Positions 21,798-33,777 are shown, counted from the stretch's first letter. The stretch is 64,000 nucleotides of DNA from Vulcanimicrobiota bacterium (GCA_963723515.1 CAVRQT010000002.1:782548-846547), one strand, 5' to 3'. The notes: generated from the sequence alone by a model not told the origin. Made by a program: numbers and translations.

Positions 21798-23755
21798 GGA
21801 GAACGAGAATGACTCGCACCCCGAAGCAAGCTGTAATCGCGAGTGCGCTGACCTGCGCAATGCTCTTCGCGCTGCCGGCGGCTCCGGCGCGCGCCGATCT
21901 GCCGCCGCTGATTCCACGGGCTATTCTTTTTGGGAATCCCGTCAAGGCGTCGCCGGAGATTTCACCGGACGGCCGTCTGCTCACATACCTGGCGCCGGAC
22001 CGCAACAACGTCCTCGGCATTTGGGTGCGCACGATCGGCAAATCGGACGACCATCTCGTCGCGACGGATCCGAAACGTCCGATTCGCAACATCACGTGGC
22101 AACCCGACAGCAAGCACATTCTGTACCTGCAAGACAAAGCCGGCGATGAGAACTTTCAATTGTTCCAAACCAACGTTGCGACGTTACAGAAGCGTGATCT
22201 GACGCCGTTCCCGGGCGTGCGGGCGATCATTGACGACGTCGATCCGGCGTTTCCAAATGTCGCGCTCGTCGATCTGAACCAGCGTGACAAACGCGTATTT
22301 GACGTCTACCGTTTGGATTTGCGCAGCGGCAAGCTCACGATGGATACGCAGAATCCCGGCAATATCGCGGGTTGGGTCGCTGACAATGCGATGCACATTC
22401 GCGCGGCCATTCAGAGCAACGATGATGGTTCCACGGAGCTCCTGGTGCGTGACACGGTTTCATCGCCATGGCGAACGCTGGTGAAGGCATCGGCGGATGA
22501 TACGATCGCGCCGCAAGCCTTCTCGCCGGATAATTCCGCGCTCTACGTTTCAAGCACGCTCGGCGCCAATGCTGCGCAGTTGGTTCGCTATGATTTGCGA
22601 ACCGGAAATTCGAGCGTCGTTTACAGCGATCCAACGTACGACGTCGGCACCGTGGCAACTGACCCGCGCACCCGTCAAGTGGTCGCCGTCAGTATTGAAC
22701 GGGATCGGACGCAATGGCAGGTCCTCGATTCATCGTACGCGGCAGATTTTGCGGCAATCGGCCGCATGCACGCCGGCGATTACGATTTCACGAGTGCGAC
22801 GACCAATGGGCGGCGATGGATCGTCAGTTATCTCGTCGACAACGGTCCGGTCAGCTGGTACATGTACGATCGCACCACCAAGCGCGGCAAGTTCCTTTTC
22901 GTTTCGCGCCCGGCGTTGCTCAAGTACACGCTCGCTCATATGCAGCCGATCACCTACGCCGCGAATGACGGCCTAACGGTTCACGGGTATTTGACGCTTC
23001 CTGTCGGCGTGGCGCCGACGAATTTGCCGATGGTGCTCTTCGTGCATGGCGGTCCGTGGGCGCGCGATACCTGGGGATACAATTCGTACGCGCAGTGGCT
23101 TGCAAATCGGGGCTACGCGGTACTGCAAGTGAACTATCGCGGATCAACGGGCTACGGCAAGCAATTCTTGAATGCGGGCGATCGTCAATGGGCCGGCGCG
23201 ATGCATCAAGATCTCCTCGACGCGAAAGAGTGGGCGGTCAAGCAAGGATACGCAGATCCAAAACGTGTTGCGATCATGGGCGGCAGTTACGGCGGCTATG
23301 CAACGCTTGCGGGCGTCGCATTTTCGCCGAATGCATTTGCTGTCGGAGTCGATATCGTCGGCCCCTCAAATCTAAATACGTTGCTCGCGTCGATTCCGCC
23401 GTATTGGTTTACCGGGTTAGCGCAATTTCACAAGCGCATGGGGCAAGATCCGGCATTTCTTAATTCGCAGTCACCGCTCTTCAAAGCCGATCAAATCAAA
23501 GTCCCGCTTCTCATTGGCCAAGGCGCGAACGATCCGCGCGTCAACAAACGCGAGAGCGATCAAATCGTGGCCGCGATGCGGATCAATCATCAGCCGGTCG
23601 AGTATGTCGTCTTCCCCGACGAAGGACACGGATTTGCGCGACCGGAGAACAATCGCCGTTTCAACGCCGCGACGGAAGCCTTCTTGGGGAAATATCTTGG
23701 AGGACGCGTCGAGCCGGCTTCCGCCGGCGAGAGCATCCAAGCGTTCCTCCACTGA
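21794..23755 (+). CDS. S9 family peptidase (dipeptidyl aminopeptidase-like), secreted
   Basis: PPLIPR..LFGNP, VHGGPW, GGSYGGY, QGANDPRV, FPDEGHG. Confidence 0.93.
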
Positions 23756-23773
23756 TCGTCGAAATCACATTAC

Positions 23774-25504
23774 ATGGCTAAACTGATCGAGCGGCCCTCG
23801 AGCGGCGCCCGTCGACAAACTCAGGACGGCGCACCGGCGCAAGATTTCTCGGCGGAACGGCAAGGCTGGGAGAGTGCCTCGGCACGCGGCCGGCGCCGCA
23901 AGGGCGCCGGTTCCGGCGCAGTCGATCGCACGATCTCCGACATCCCGCTCAAGACGCTCTACGCTCCGCAAGATCTTGCAGAGCTTGATCTCGCGCGCGA
24001 TCTTTCGTATCCGGGACAATATCCGTTCACGCGCGGGATCCATCCGAACATGTATCGCGACCGGCTTTGGACGATGCGCCAATTCGCCGGCTTCGGCAAC
24101 GCGAAACAAACGAACGAGCGTTACCATTTCCTGCTTTCGCAAGGTCAACACGGACTTTCCGTCGCGTTCGATATGCCGACGCTCATGGGTTACGATTCCG
24201 ATGCGCCGCAGGCACGTGGTGAAGTCGGCAAATGCGGCGTCGCGATCGACTCGCTCGCCGACATGGAACAGCTTTTCGACGGCATCGACATGGGCGACAT
24301 CACGACGTCGATGACGATCAACGGACCGTCCTGCATCGCGCTCGCGCAATATATCGCCGCGGCAGAGAAGAAGGGGATTCCACGCAAGGCGCTCGGCGGC
24401 ACGATCCAAGCCGACATCCTCAAAGAATACATCGCGCAAAAAGAGTGGATCTTTCCGCCGCGTCCGCACATGCGCATCATCGTCGATATGATGAAATTCT
24501 GCCGTGACGAGATGCCGAAATGGAACACGATCTCGATTTCGGGTTACCACATTCGCGAAGCAGGCTCGACGGCAGTTCAGGAGCTCGCGTTCACCTTGGC
24601 CGACGGTTTCGCATACGTCGAGGCCGGTATCAAAGCCGGTATGGACGTGGACTCTTTTGCGCCCCGGCTCTCGTATTTTTTCAACTCGCACATCGACTTC
24701 TTTGAAGAGATCTGCAAGTTTCGCGCGGCGCGGCGCATCTATGCGCGCCGCATGCGAGAGAAATACGGCGCGAAAGATCCACGCTCATGGCAGCTGCGTT
24801 TCCACACACAGACGGCCGGTTGCAGCGCGACGGCACAGCAGCCCGAGAACAACATCGTGCGAGTCGCTTATGAAGCGATGGCAGCCGTCTTAGGCGGCAC
24901 GCAATCGCTGCACACGAACTCGATGGACGAAGTGCTTGCTCTTCCGAGCGAAAAATCGGTCGAAATCGCGCTTCGAACGCAGCAGGTCCTCGCGTACGAG
25001 ACGAACGTGACGAACGTCGTCGATCCACTCGGCGGCGCCTACTTCATCGAAGCGCTGACCGATGAGATGGAAAAAGAAGCCGAGCACTACTTTAGACAGA
25101 TTGAAGAGTACGGCGGCGTGATTGAAGCGATCGAAGCCGGTTTCTTTCAGCGCGAAATCGCGGATGCTTCCTATCGGTATCAGCGTTCGCTTGAAACCAA
25201 AGAGCGTGTCATCGTCGGCGTGAACCACTTCCAAAAAGATGAATCCGACGCTGAGATCGAGCTGCTCCAGATCGGTCAGGAAATCGAGCGCGGTCAGGCG
25301 CAAGCGGTCCAGTCGGTTCGTGCGGACCGCAATCAGCAGCAAGTCAGTGCGATGTTGGCGCGGTTGAAGGCAGCGTGCGCGGATGAGAGCGACAACTTAA
25401 TGCCGCATCTGATCGATTGCACCAACGCGTATGCGACCGAAGGCGAAATTGTCGAAGCGATGGTCGAGGTCTACGGCCGCTACACGGAACGCGCCGTTTT
25501 CTAA
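23774..25504 (+). CDS. B12-dependent acyl-CoA mutase large subunit (isobutyryl-CoA mutase-type residues)
   Basis: PGQYPFTRG, WTMRQFAGF, DILKEYIAQ, SISGYHIREAG, GGTQSLHTN. Confidence 0.93.
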   Translation: MAKLIERPSSGARRQTQDGAPAQDFSAERQGWESASARGRRRKGAGSGAVDRTISDIPLKTLYAPQDLAELDLARDLSYPGQYPFTRGIHPNMYRDRLWTMRQFAGFGNAKQTNERYHFLLSQGQHGLSVAFDMPTLMGYDSDAPQARGEVGKCGVAIDSLADMEQLFDGIDMGDITTSMTINGPSCIALAQYIAAAEKKGIPRKALGGTIQADILKEYIAQKEWIFPPRPHMRIIVDMMKFCRDEMPKWNTISISGYHIREAGSTAVQELAFTLADGFAYVEAGIKAGMDVDSFAPRLSYFFNSHIDFFEEICKFRAARRIYARRMREKYGAKDPRSWQLRFHTQTAGCSATAQQPENNIVRVAYEAMAAVLGGTQSLHTNSMDEVLALPSEKSVEIALRTQQVLAYETNVTNVVDPLGGAYFIEALTDEMEKEAEHYFRQIEEYGGVIEAIEAGFFQREIADASYRYQRSLETKERVIVGVNHFQKDESDAEIELLQIGQEIERGQAQAVQSVRADRNQQQVSAMLARLKAACADESDNLMPHLIDCTNAYATEGEIVEAMVEVYGRYTERAVF

Positions 25505-25520
25505 TTTGGCGAAGGAATAA

Positions 25521-25925
25521 ATGGCGCGACCGCTGCGGATCATCGTCGCGAAGGCCGGTTTGGACGGCCACGATCGCGGCGCCAAGGTGATCGCGCGCGC
25601 GCTCCGCGATGCGGGAATGGAAGTGATCTACACCGGCCTTTTTCAGACGCCGGAGCAAATCGTCCAAACCGCGATTCAGGAAGACGCCGATGGGATCGGC
25701 TTGTCGATTCTCTCAGGCGCCCACATGACGCTGTTTCCAATGGTCGTCCAGCAGCTCAAAGCGCAAGGCGCCGACGACATCGTCTTCTTCGGCGGCGGAA
25801 CGATCCCACCGGATGACGCCGAAGAACTAAAGCGCTTGGGCGTTCGCCAGATCTTCACGCCCGGCGCGCCGCTTTCCGAGATCATCGAGTTCGTCAAACG
25901 CGAGTGCGGCGCGCGCGCCGCGTAG
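25521..25925 (+). CDS. Cobalamin-binding small subunit of acyl-CoA mutase
   Basis: GLDGHDRG (DxHxxG), SILSGAH, GGG.IP, FTPG. Confidence 0.95.
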   Translation: MARPLRIIVAKAGLDGHDRGAKVIARALRDAGMEVIYTGLFQTPEQIVQTAIQEDADGIGLSILSGAHMTLFPMVVQQLKAQGADDIVFFGGGTIPPDDAEELKRLGVRQIFTPGAPLSEIIEFVKRECGARAA

Positions 25926-25929
25926 CGGC

Positions 25930-27426
25930 GTGACCATTCGTACCCGCATCGCGCCTTCCCCGACCGGCGATCCGCACGTTGGCCTCGCGTATGTTGCGCT
26001 GATCAACTACTGCTTCGCGCGAAAAGCGAACGGCGCATTCATCCTTCGCATTGAGGACACCGATCAGGCGCGCAGCACGCGTGCTTCGGAAGCAGCAATC
26101 CTTGATGCCTTGCATTGGCTCGGTTTGCAGTGGGACGAAGGTCCGGACGTCGGTGGCGCGCATGCGCCGTATCGCCAGACAGAACGCTCCGCCATCTACC
26201 AGAAATACGCGCAGCAGCTGCTCGCGCGGGGCGACGCTTTTAAGTGTTTTTGCTCGCCGCAGCGACTGGAAGCGGTGCGCGAAGCGCAGCGAGCCGCCAA
26301 GCAGCCTTCACGCTACGATGGACACTGCTTGCGTCTTTCAGCGCAAGAAATCGCTGAAAAAGAATCGAGCGGAACGCCGTATGTGATTCGCATGAAGGTG
26401 CCGGCGGACGGCGTCTGCATCGTCAACGATCTGCGGCGCGATCCGATCGAAATCGAATGGTCAGCTGTCGACATGCAGGTCTTGCTCAAGTCGGATGGCA
26501 TGCCGACGTACCACCTCGCGAACGTCGTCGACGATCACTTGATGGAAATCACGCATGTAATTCGCGGCGAAGAGTGGCTGAGTTCGGTTCCAAAGCATCT
26601 CCTGCTCTACCAATATTTCGGCTGGACACCACCGGCGTTTCTGCATCTTCCGCTTCTGCGCAATCCCGATCATAGTAAACTCTCGAAGCGGAAAAATCCG
26701 ACCGGCATTCTCTTCTACGCTGCGATGGGGTATTTGCCTGAAGCGCTGCTGAATTTTTTGGGATTGCTCGCCGTTCCGACGCCTGAAGGCGAAGAGATGA
26801 TGGATCTGGCGACGATGGTCGAGCGTTTCGACGTTGGACACATCTCGCTTGGCGGTCCCGTCTTCGATACGGCCAAACTCGATTGGTTGAACGGACGGTA
26901 TTTGCGCGAACGCCTCGACATCAGCGCGTTCGAGCAACGCGTTCAGCGCTGGGGCTTCGGTACGGAACGGTTGCTGCGGATTGCCGCATTGGCGCAGCCG
27001 CGCATCGAACGACTGAGCGATTTGGGGCCCTTGCTGATGTTTTTCTTTGCCGGACGGCTGCCGCTCTCGCCGGAGCAGTTGCGTGACGGTAAGCTCGACG
27101 ATGAGGCAGTGCGCAAAGTACTTGCCCTGGCACGTTGGAATCTCGACGACGTCCCGGAATGGAACGTTGCTAACATCGAAGCTGCGCTGCGCAATGTCGC
27201 GACGGCACTCGGTCGAAAATTCCGCGAGGTCGTTCGGCCGTTGTACGTGGCGATTACGGGCAGCCCGGCATCGGTTCCGCTGTACGATTCGATCGAGTTG
27301 CTAGGTCGAGACTTAGCGCGCGAGCGCTTGCGTCAAGCGCTCCAATTGATGGGCACGCCGACGGCAGCGGAAGAGAAGGCATGGCGCGCACTGGGTGCAT
27401 CGCAACCCGCACCGGAAGGCGTTTAG
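25930..27426 (+). CDS. gltX: Glutamate-tRNA ligase
   Basis: RIAPSPTGDPHVG, LRIEDTD, VDDHLMEITHVIRGEEW, KLSKR. Confidence 0.97.
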   Translation: MTIRTRIAPSPTGDPHVGLAYVALINYCFARKANGAFILRIEDTDQARSTRASEAAILDALHWLGLQWDEGPDVGGAHAPYRQTERSAIYQKYAQQLLARGDAFKCFCSPQRLEAVREAQRAAKQPSRYDGHCLRLSAQEIAEKESSGTPYVIRMKVPADGVCIVNDLRRDPIEIEWSAVDMQVLLKSDGMPTYHLANVVDDHLMEITHVIRGEEWLSSVPKHLLLYQYFGWTPPAFLHLPLLRNPDHSKLSKRKNPTGILFYAAMGYLPEALLNFLGLLAVPTPEGEEMMDLATMVERFDVGHISLGGPVFDTAKLDWLNGRYLRERLDISAFEQRVQRWGFGTERLLRIAALAQPRIERLSDLGPLLMFFFAGRLPLSPEQLRDGKLDDEAVRKVLALARWNLDDVPEWNVANIEAALRNVATALGRKFREVVRPLYVAITGSPASVPLYDSIELLGRDLARERLRQALQLMGTPTAAEEKAWRALGASQPAPEGV

Positions 27427-27430
27427 AGCA

Positions 27431-28774
27431 TTGCTGCGCGCAATCGTCTTAGCAGCCGGCAAGAGCACGCGCATGAAAACGGGCGTCCCGAAGGCGCTGC
27501 ACGAGCTCTGTGGGCGTCCCTTGTTGTGGTACGTTTTGAGCGCATTGCGCTCGGCCGGAATCGACGACATCTCCGTCATCACCAATCCGCAACTGCAAGA
27601 GCGAATCAGCGAGTTCGGCGTTACAGCGCTCGTACAAAGCGACCCGCGCGGAACAGGTCACGCGGTGCAGATTGGATTGCAAAACCTGCCGACAGATAGC
27701 GGCGGTCAGATCCTCGTTGCATACGGCGACATGCCGCTCGTTCCCGCGGAGCTCTTTCGCGGGCTTGCAGCATCTTTAACCCACGATCGGAACGCGGCGG
27801 TCGCGCTGGTGACCGCCAAGATGCCGCTGCCCTCTGATTTCGGACGTGTCGTTCGTTCCGGCGCGGAGGTGCGGCGCATCGTCGAAGCGCGTGATGCAAC
27901 CGACGACGAGCTGCTGATCGATGAGATGAACGCCGGTATCTATGCATTCGATGAGGCAATCTTACGCGAGTCGATCGGCGCACTGCGCGATGACAACGCG
28001 CAAGGCGAATACTATCTAACCGACACGATCGATATGCTGGCCCGGCAGGGAAAGAAGATCGTGCCGGTCATCGCGGGCGACCATCTTCACGTGCTCGGCA
28101 TCAACGACCGCATTGATTTGGCGCGGGCACGCAGCGCGATGAACCGGCGTCTGTGCGAACAACACATGCGTGACGGCGTAACGATTATTGATCCGAACAC
28201 GACGTATCTGGAACCGGAGTTGGTCCTGGGACGCGACACCGTCATCTATCCGAACACGATCATTGGCCGGCTAAGTAAAGCCGGTGAACGCTGCACGATC
28301 GGTCCGAACACTCGATTGTCCGCAGCGGAGCTTGGCTCGGACGTAACCGTTCAGAACAGCATCGTTTTCGACAGCTCGCTCGACGACGAGGTGACGGTCG
28401 GGCCATTTGCGCACATTCGCGGCAACGCGCGGCTCGAGCGCGGCGTTCACGTCGGCAACTTTGTCGAAGTCAAGAACTCGCAACTCGGCGCAGGCGTTAA
28501 GGCGAGCCATCTTTCGTACATCGGCGACGCGACGATCGGGGAACGCACGAATATCGGCGCCGGCACGATCACCTGCAACTTCGATGGCCGCAAGAAAAAC
28601 CGAACGACGATCGGCAAGGACGTTTCGATCGGCTCGAATACGTCGCTTGTTGCGCCGGTCACCCTCGGCGATGGTTCGCTGACCGGCGCTTCGTCCGTGG
28701 TGACGAAAGATGTCGCGCCGGGCGAGCGCGTCGCCGGCAATCCGGCGCGCCCTCTGCCGAAAAATAATTCTTAA
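27431..28774 (+). CDS. glmU: Bifunctional UDP-GlcNAc pyrophosphorylase/GlcN-1-P acetyltransferase
   Basis: LAAGKSTRMK, GTGHAV, YGDMP, EYYLTD, GNFVEVK, HLSYIGDA, GAGTITCNFDG. Confidence 0.96.
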   Translation: MLRAIVLAAGKSTRMKTGVPKALHELCGRPLLWYVLSALRSAGIDDISVITNPQLQERISEFGVTALVQSDPRGTGHAVQIGLQNLPTDSGGQILVAYGDMPLVPAELFRGLAASLTHDRNAAVALVTAKMPLPSDFGRVVRSGAEVRRIVEARDATDDELLIDEMNAGIYAFDEAILRESIGALRDDNAQGEYYLTDTIDMLARQGKKIVPVIAGDHLHVLGINDRIDLARARSAMNRRLCEQHMRDGVTIIDPNTTYLEPELVLGRDTVIYPNTIIGRLSKAGERCTIGPNTRLSAAELGSDVTVQNSIVFDSSLDDEVTVGPFAHIRGNARLERGVHVGNFVEVKNSQLGAGVKASHLSYIGDATIGERTNIGAGTITCNFDGRKKNRTTIGKDVSIGSNTSLVAPVTLGDGSLTGASSVVTKDVAPGERVAGNPARPLPKNNS

Positions 28775-30181
28775 AGCGTCGCGGCCGCTTTGACGGCGTC
28801 GAAAAGTTCATGCACGTCGCGTTCGGTCGTCCTTTGATTTGTAAAACACGCGCGTAGCGCGCGCCGGCCTTCGACGGTCGTCGCCGAGATGACCGCGCGC
28901 CCGCTCAATTGCACTCGAATGGCAATCTCATCGTTGAGGACGTCTTGATCCGTACCGCGATAACGAAAACAGACGATGTTGAGTCCGACCGGCGCCGCCA
29001 GTTCGAAGTCCGGCGAGGCTTCAATCATATCTGCCAGCAATTGCGCCTGATCGCAGTTGCGTTCGATTGCCTCGGCTAACCGCCGCGTTCCGAAATGTTT
29101 GAGCGTGAACCAGACCTTCAGTGCACGAAAGCTGCGCGAGAGATCCGGCCCGTAGTCAGCGAACCACGGTTCGCCCGCAGCGAGCCCACGCTGCATGCCG
29201 CGTGATATATGGGCCCTCGGAGGCAAACGTTTCGCGCTGCATCGTCCCGTCGCGGACGAGCACGCATGCTGCGTCGTACGGAACGTGCAGCCACTTGTGA
29301 AAGTCAAAGGCGATCGAATCGGCGCGCTCGATGCCACGAACCAAATGCCGAAGTTTCTCTGAAAGGATCGTCATTGCGCCGAATGCGCCGTCGACGTGAA
29401 ACCAAAGGCCGCTCTCTTTCGCGATCGACGCGAGGTCGTTCAATGGATCGAAGGCGCCGACGTCTACCGTTCCCGCGTTGCCGACAACGATGAACGGCCG
29501 AAGTCCCTGCGCGGTGTCGCGCTCAATCGTCGACTGGAGCGCATCGAGATCGATCCGGTGGGCGGCGTCGATGGGAAGCACGCGAAGCGCATCCGATCCG
29601 AGTCCCGCCATTTCAAATGCCTTGCGTACGCAGCTGTGCGTCGCTGAGGACGCGTAGCCGACGAGCGGTTGTGCACGTTGATCGAGCCCGTGGTCACGAA
29701 CATCGCGTCCCAATTTCGCGGTGCGCGCAACGAGAATCGCGACGAAGTTTGCAAGCGACGTGCCCGAGAGCAAAATGCCCGAGGCGCCCTCAGCCAGGCC
29801 GAAGAGGTCGCAAAACCATTGAATGACTTGGCGTTCCACGTACACCGCACCGTGGTCTCGGCCGCCGACGTTCGCGTTCATCGCCGAAGCGAGAAAATCT
29901 GCGAGCGCTCCGGCCGGCGTACCGCTGCCGTGGACCCAGCCGAAGAAACGCGGGCTGATGTTGCCGGTTGGATATGGCAAAATCAATCGGCTGAATTCTT
30001 CGTACGTTTTGGCAAGCGGCATTCCGTCAGTTGGTAGCGGCTCGCGAAGCGCGTCCTTGATCGTTCTGGGTACCGGCTGCCACGCCGGACGATCACCCGC
30101 GGTTTGCAGATACTCGACAATCGAATCGACCGCGCGATAGCAGTCCGCTCGAAACTCGTTCCAGTCGTTTGGGTCGAGCAC
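28771..30181 (-). CDS. Group II PLP-dependent amino acid decarboxylase (frameshift ~29190)
   Basis: PRFFGWV, HSCVRKA, GTVDVGAFD, WFHVDGAFG, DFHKW, SRSFRALKVW. Confidence 0.88.
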
Positions 30182-30239
30182 GTCGTTTTCGTTGCGGCTT
30201 TGTGAAGAAAAACGCCTGCGGTGGGCGAAACAGCCCGAA

Positions 30240-30867
30240 ATGTCATGCCGGCTCATCTGGATTACGCCTGAAGCGGAGCGTCTCATGGGTTATTGCGCTC
30301 GCGTCAGCAACCCGGAAAACCAAGAGAATCCCCAAGTGGCAAAGCTGCTGCGTTTTTGCGTGAAGAACGCGCATTGGTCCGTTTTCGAAATGGCGGACCT
30401 CTGCATTGAGATCAAGACGACGCGCGCGATCAGCGCGCAGATCATTCGTCATCGCAGCTTTCACTTCCAAGAGTTCTCTCAGCGCTATGCGCCGATCGCC
30501 GACATCGAGCGCGTGCATCCGCGGCGTCAAGATCCCGAAGAATCGGCAGTCATCGCATGATGATTTGCCGGAGGAGACGCTCGCATGGTTCGATCGCGCG
30601 CAGGACGAGCACTTCACTCAGGCGCGTGCGATGTACGATCAAGCGCTCGCAAAGGGAATCGCCAAAGAATCGGCGCGCTTCTTGTTGCCGCTGGCATCGG
30701 GCACCACGCTGTACATGAAAGGCACCGTGCGCGACTGGATCCATTACATCAACTTACGCAGCGACGCCGGCGCACAGGCGGAACATCGGCAAATCGCGCT
30801 CGAATGCAAAGAGATTTTCAGCGAACACCTGCCCGCGGTCGCTCAAGCACTCGGCTGGCGCGATTGA
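30240..30867 (+). CDS. thyX: FAD-dependent thymidylate synthase (frameshift ~30535)
   Basis: ARVSNP, HWSVFE, RHRSFHFQEFSQRY, KESARFLLP, AQAEHR. Confidence 0.93.
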
Positions 30868-32138
30868 TGGCGCGCGCTCGCGCACCGGCGTTCCTCTGCC
30901 TGCTTCTCACGGCCCTCTGCGTTGTGATTTGCGCCCGCGCGGCAAGCGCGCAGATCGGCGAACGGCAGATGGAACGTCGCGTGAGCGCGATCCCGGTTGC
31001 ACAGTTGCTTTCGAAGCCGCCGCAACAACTTGTGGACCCACAGCGCCAGGCCGTGGCGCGGCAACTCGTGAGCCTGACCCGCCCCGCATGGTTTGCATGG
31101 ATTGCGCTGCAGCTTTTCGCGCTGTTTTATCTGTGGGTGAGCGGCACGGCGGCTCGCTCGCGCGACGCGTTGAAACGGTCGATCCGTTCAAAGGCCCTCG
31201 TGCGCTTTATCTTCGGCGCTGCATTGACCGCGGTCGTGCAAATCGTTGCTCTACCGGTGGAGTTTTTCAGCTATCGCGTGCTGCGCGTGATGGGACTTTC
31301 CACACAGCCGACTTCGGGTTGGTTCGGCGATCTCGTTATCACCACGCTCTTAGAGATGCTGGTCATCGGTATTATCGTCGTCGTCGTTCTGTGGCTCGTC
31401 GATCGAACGCACTTGTGGTGGGTGTACGTTGCGGGCCTGATCTTCGGCTTCACGTTCTTACTTTCGTATGTTTTTCCGATTGTGATCGAGCCGATCTTCA
31501 ACCGCTTTACGCCGCTGCCGGCGAATCGGCCGCTAACGGTTCAGATCGAAGCGCTGGCGCATCGCGCCGGCGAAGGAAATTTGCCGATTTACGTCAGCGA
31601 TCTATCGCGCCGCACGCATGCCGGAAATGCGTACGTCGTCGGGATCGGGCCAAGCCGGCGAATCGTTATCGGGGACACGCTGCTCGATGCGGCGACGGAC
31701 CACGAGATTCTCTTCATCGTGGCGCACGAGTTGGGCCATGACGTCCATGGCGACACGTTCCGCGGCTCACTCTTCGGCGCCATCATCTTTGTCATTGCGG
31801 CCGCTTTGGCTGTCTTGATCGCGGATCGCGTCGGCTTTCGGCGCGATGATGATCCGCTATCGCGTCTGACGCTCGTTGGCGCGCTCTTAGGATGCGTCTA
31901 CTTGTTGTTTTTGCCGGCGATTAACGGCTATTCGCGCGCGATAGAAGCGAGCGCCGACGCGTATGCGTTGCAGTTGACGCATGATCCGGCCGGCGGCGTT
32001 CGAGCGTTCGTTCGATTTGCAGATGAGGATCTCTCGCTGCTTTGTCCCGGCCGTCTTGCGCGCCTGTACTGGTACACGCATCCGCCGATCGGCTCGCGCA
32101 TCTCAGCTCTGAACGGCCAGCCCAACCCGTGCCCGTAG
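30867..32138 (+). CDS. M48 (Ste24/HtpX-like) membrane metalloprotease
   Basis: NAYVVGIG, AHELGH, E..AD, THPPI..RI with several TM helices. Confidence 0.9.
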   Translation: MARARAPAFLCLLLTALCVVICARAASAQIGERQMERRVSAIPVAQLLSKPPQQLVDPQRQAVARQLVSLTRPAWFAWIALQLFALFYLWVSGTAARSRDALKRSIRSKALVRFIFGAALTAVVQIVALPVEFFSYRVLRVMGLSTQPTSGWFGDLVITTLLEMLVIGIIVVVVLWLVDRTHLWWVYVAGLIFGFTFLLSYVFPIVIEPIFNRFTPLPANRPLTVQIEALAHRAGEGNLPIYVSDLSRRTHAGNAYVVGIGPSRRIVIGDTLLDAATDHEILFIVAHELGHDVHGDTFRGSLFGAIIFVIAAALAVLIADRVGFRRDDDPLSRLTLVGALLGCVYLLFLPAINGYSRAIEASADAYALQLTHDPAGGVRAFVRFADEDLSLLCPGRLARLYWYTHPPIGSRISALNGQPNPCP

Positions 32139-32164
32139 TTAATTGACGAGCGATTGTTACAGCA

Positions 32165-32270
32165 TGTCATCTTCGAGAGCCGTCCAAGCGGCTCGAAGGA
32201 TCGAACGGGCAACCGTAATGCGGCGACTCGTATGCTCGTCGCTGCAAGCACAAGTTGACTCAGCGTGACA
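32165..32270. repeat. Divergent member of the TGTCA...TGACA palindromic element family
   Basis: TGTCATCTTCGAG...CTCGAAGGATC ... GACTCAGCGTGACA between convergent genes. Confidence 0.5.
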
Positions 32271-32290
32271 GTGTTGGCGTGCCTATGGCT

Positions 32291-33093
32291 CTAGTGCGGG
32301 AGCGCCGAGCCTAAGTTCCCGAAGATCTGTGACGGGTCGTTTGTCTGCGTGAATCCCGCCGGGACTGCAAATGAGGATGGATCGGGCGCAGTAGCCGATA
32401 GCGTGGTGAAATCGAGACGGAAGGAGCCGTTGAAGTTCTTTCCCGTCATCGCTGACGTAATACGAACCGGCAGCCCTTGCGCGTCGTCCGCCAAATCGAC
32501 GTTGCCCGACATCGACGAAAGCGCGCTCCCGCGTTTCTGTTCACGCAGGCTGTATTGCAGCATCGTAACCGCGTGACCGTTCACGTTGCCTCTGCCGGTC
32601 AAGCGCGCCGAGATGTCGTAAACGCTGTAGTCCTTGATGCTCCTGAGGATCTGCATCACAGAGCCGGCTCTGCGCATCAAAAAGCGCGCCCACGGCGCTT
32701 CCGGAAGCCGATGAATCCGTGGTACTGCTGGGAGCGGCGGTCTGCGAGCTCGTGTGCACGTAGTACATTCGGCGATCCGTCGACCAAAGGGTGACGGTAT
32801 GCGTTGGACGATCGATCACCGCCGTGAACGAGCCTTGCGGCAGAAATTGCTGAATCAGCGCCCCCATCATTGGATCGGATCCGGGAGCGGATAATCGGGA
32901 AACGTCAACGCGCAGTTGTTGCCCGCGCATCATCAACCCGACATCGGCCCCAACATTCACCCGCATCCCGCCGAAGGCGGCTTGAATGACGGCACTCCCG
33001 TGCCCCGAGAACCCGTCCAGCGGTGCTTGTTGCGCTCGCGCAGTCGCGGTGCTCAAGAAGATCAAGACGATTAGCGCGCCAAACGTTTTTCAC
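32291..33093 (-). CDS. Hypothetical secreted protein (frameshifted)
   Basis: Signal-like N-terminus ending ARAQQ; C-terminal PDPSSFAVPAGF pattern; pieced from ORFs 32905..33093, 32541..33065 and 32291..32680. Confidence 0.6.
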
Positions 33094-33777
33094 GGTAAGT
33101 CTCCCGCCGTGTAAGGCAGCACGGCGCCCGTCACTTGCGTGCCGAGATGCCGTTGGGTCAACAGCTCAACGATCGAAACGTGCGCGACGCGCCCATCGAC
33201 GATCTGCGCCGCTTCGACTCCAGCCCGCACTCCGAGCGCGGCCGCACGAATTGCGCCACGCAAATCTTCGGGAACGCGTCGATCTTCTGCCAGTTCGAGT
33301 GCTTCAGCCGGCGTCAGCTCATCGATCAGCGCTGCCGTCTTGGGATCCGGCACGCCGCCTAACACATGAAAGAAAATCGCGCGAATCGCCTCCGTCGCGG
33401 CGGCAATTGCCTGCGCAACATCATCGGCGCGCAACTCCGCGTCTTCGCCGAACGGCGCAAAACTCGTCGGTTGAATCACCGGAATGTAGCCGTTTTGGGT
33501 CAGCGTTTCAAGAATGCCGGGTTGGATGTTGCCAAGGCCAGGGCCGCGCTGCGGCAGCATCGCGGCGTCCGCGCCGTCCAAGCTGACGGCGGAATTTCCG
33601 CAGCGGTTGATCGTGCGCACGAGCGCGCGGGCCGATTGAAGCATTCGGAGCGACAATGATTGGACGGACGTTGTGCCGGCTCAAAAATGTGAGATCGGAG
33701 GCGAGCGTTGAATCTTCAGCGTGCGCGACGCTTTCATCGACACGCAAGACGAACGCTTTTCCCGCAAAGGCGTTCAT
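33090..33777 (-). CDS. Amino-acid-kinase (acetylglutamate kinase-like) fold protein, degenerate (frameshift ~33635)
   Basis: AVSLDGAD, GYIPVI.P, ADDVA.AIA, IVDGRVAH..IVELLT..GT match the NAGK scaffold. Confidence 0.7.
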
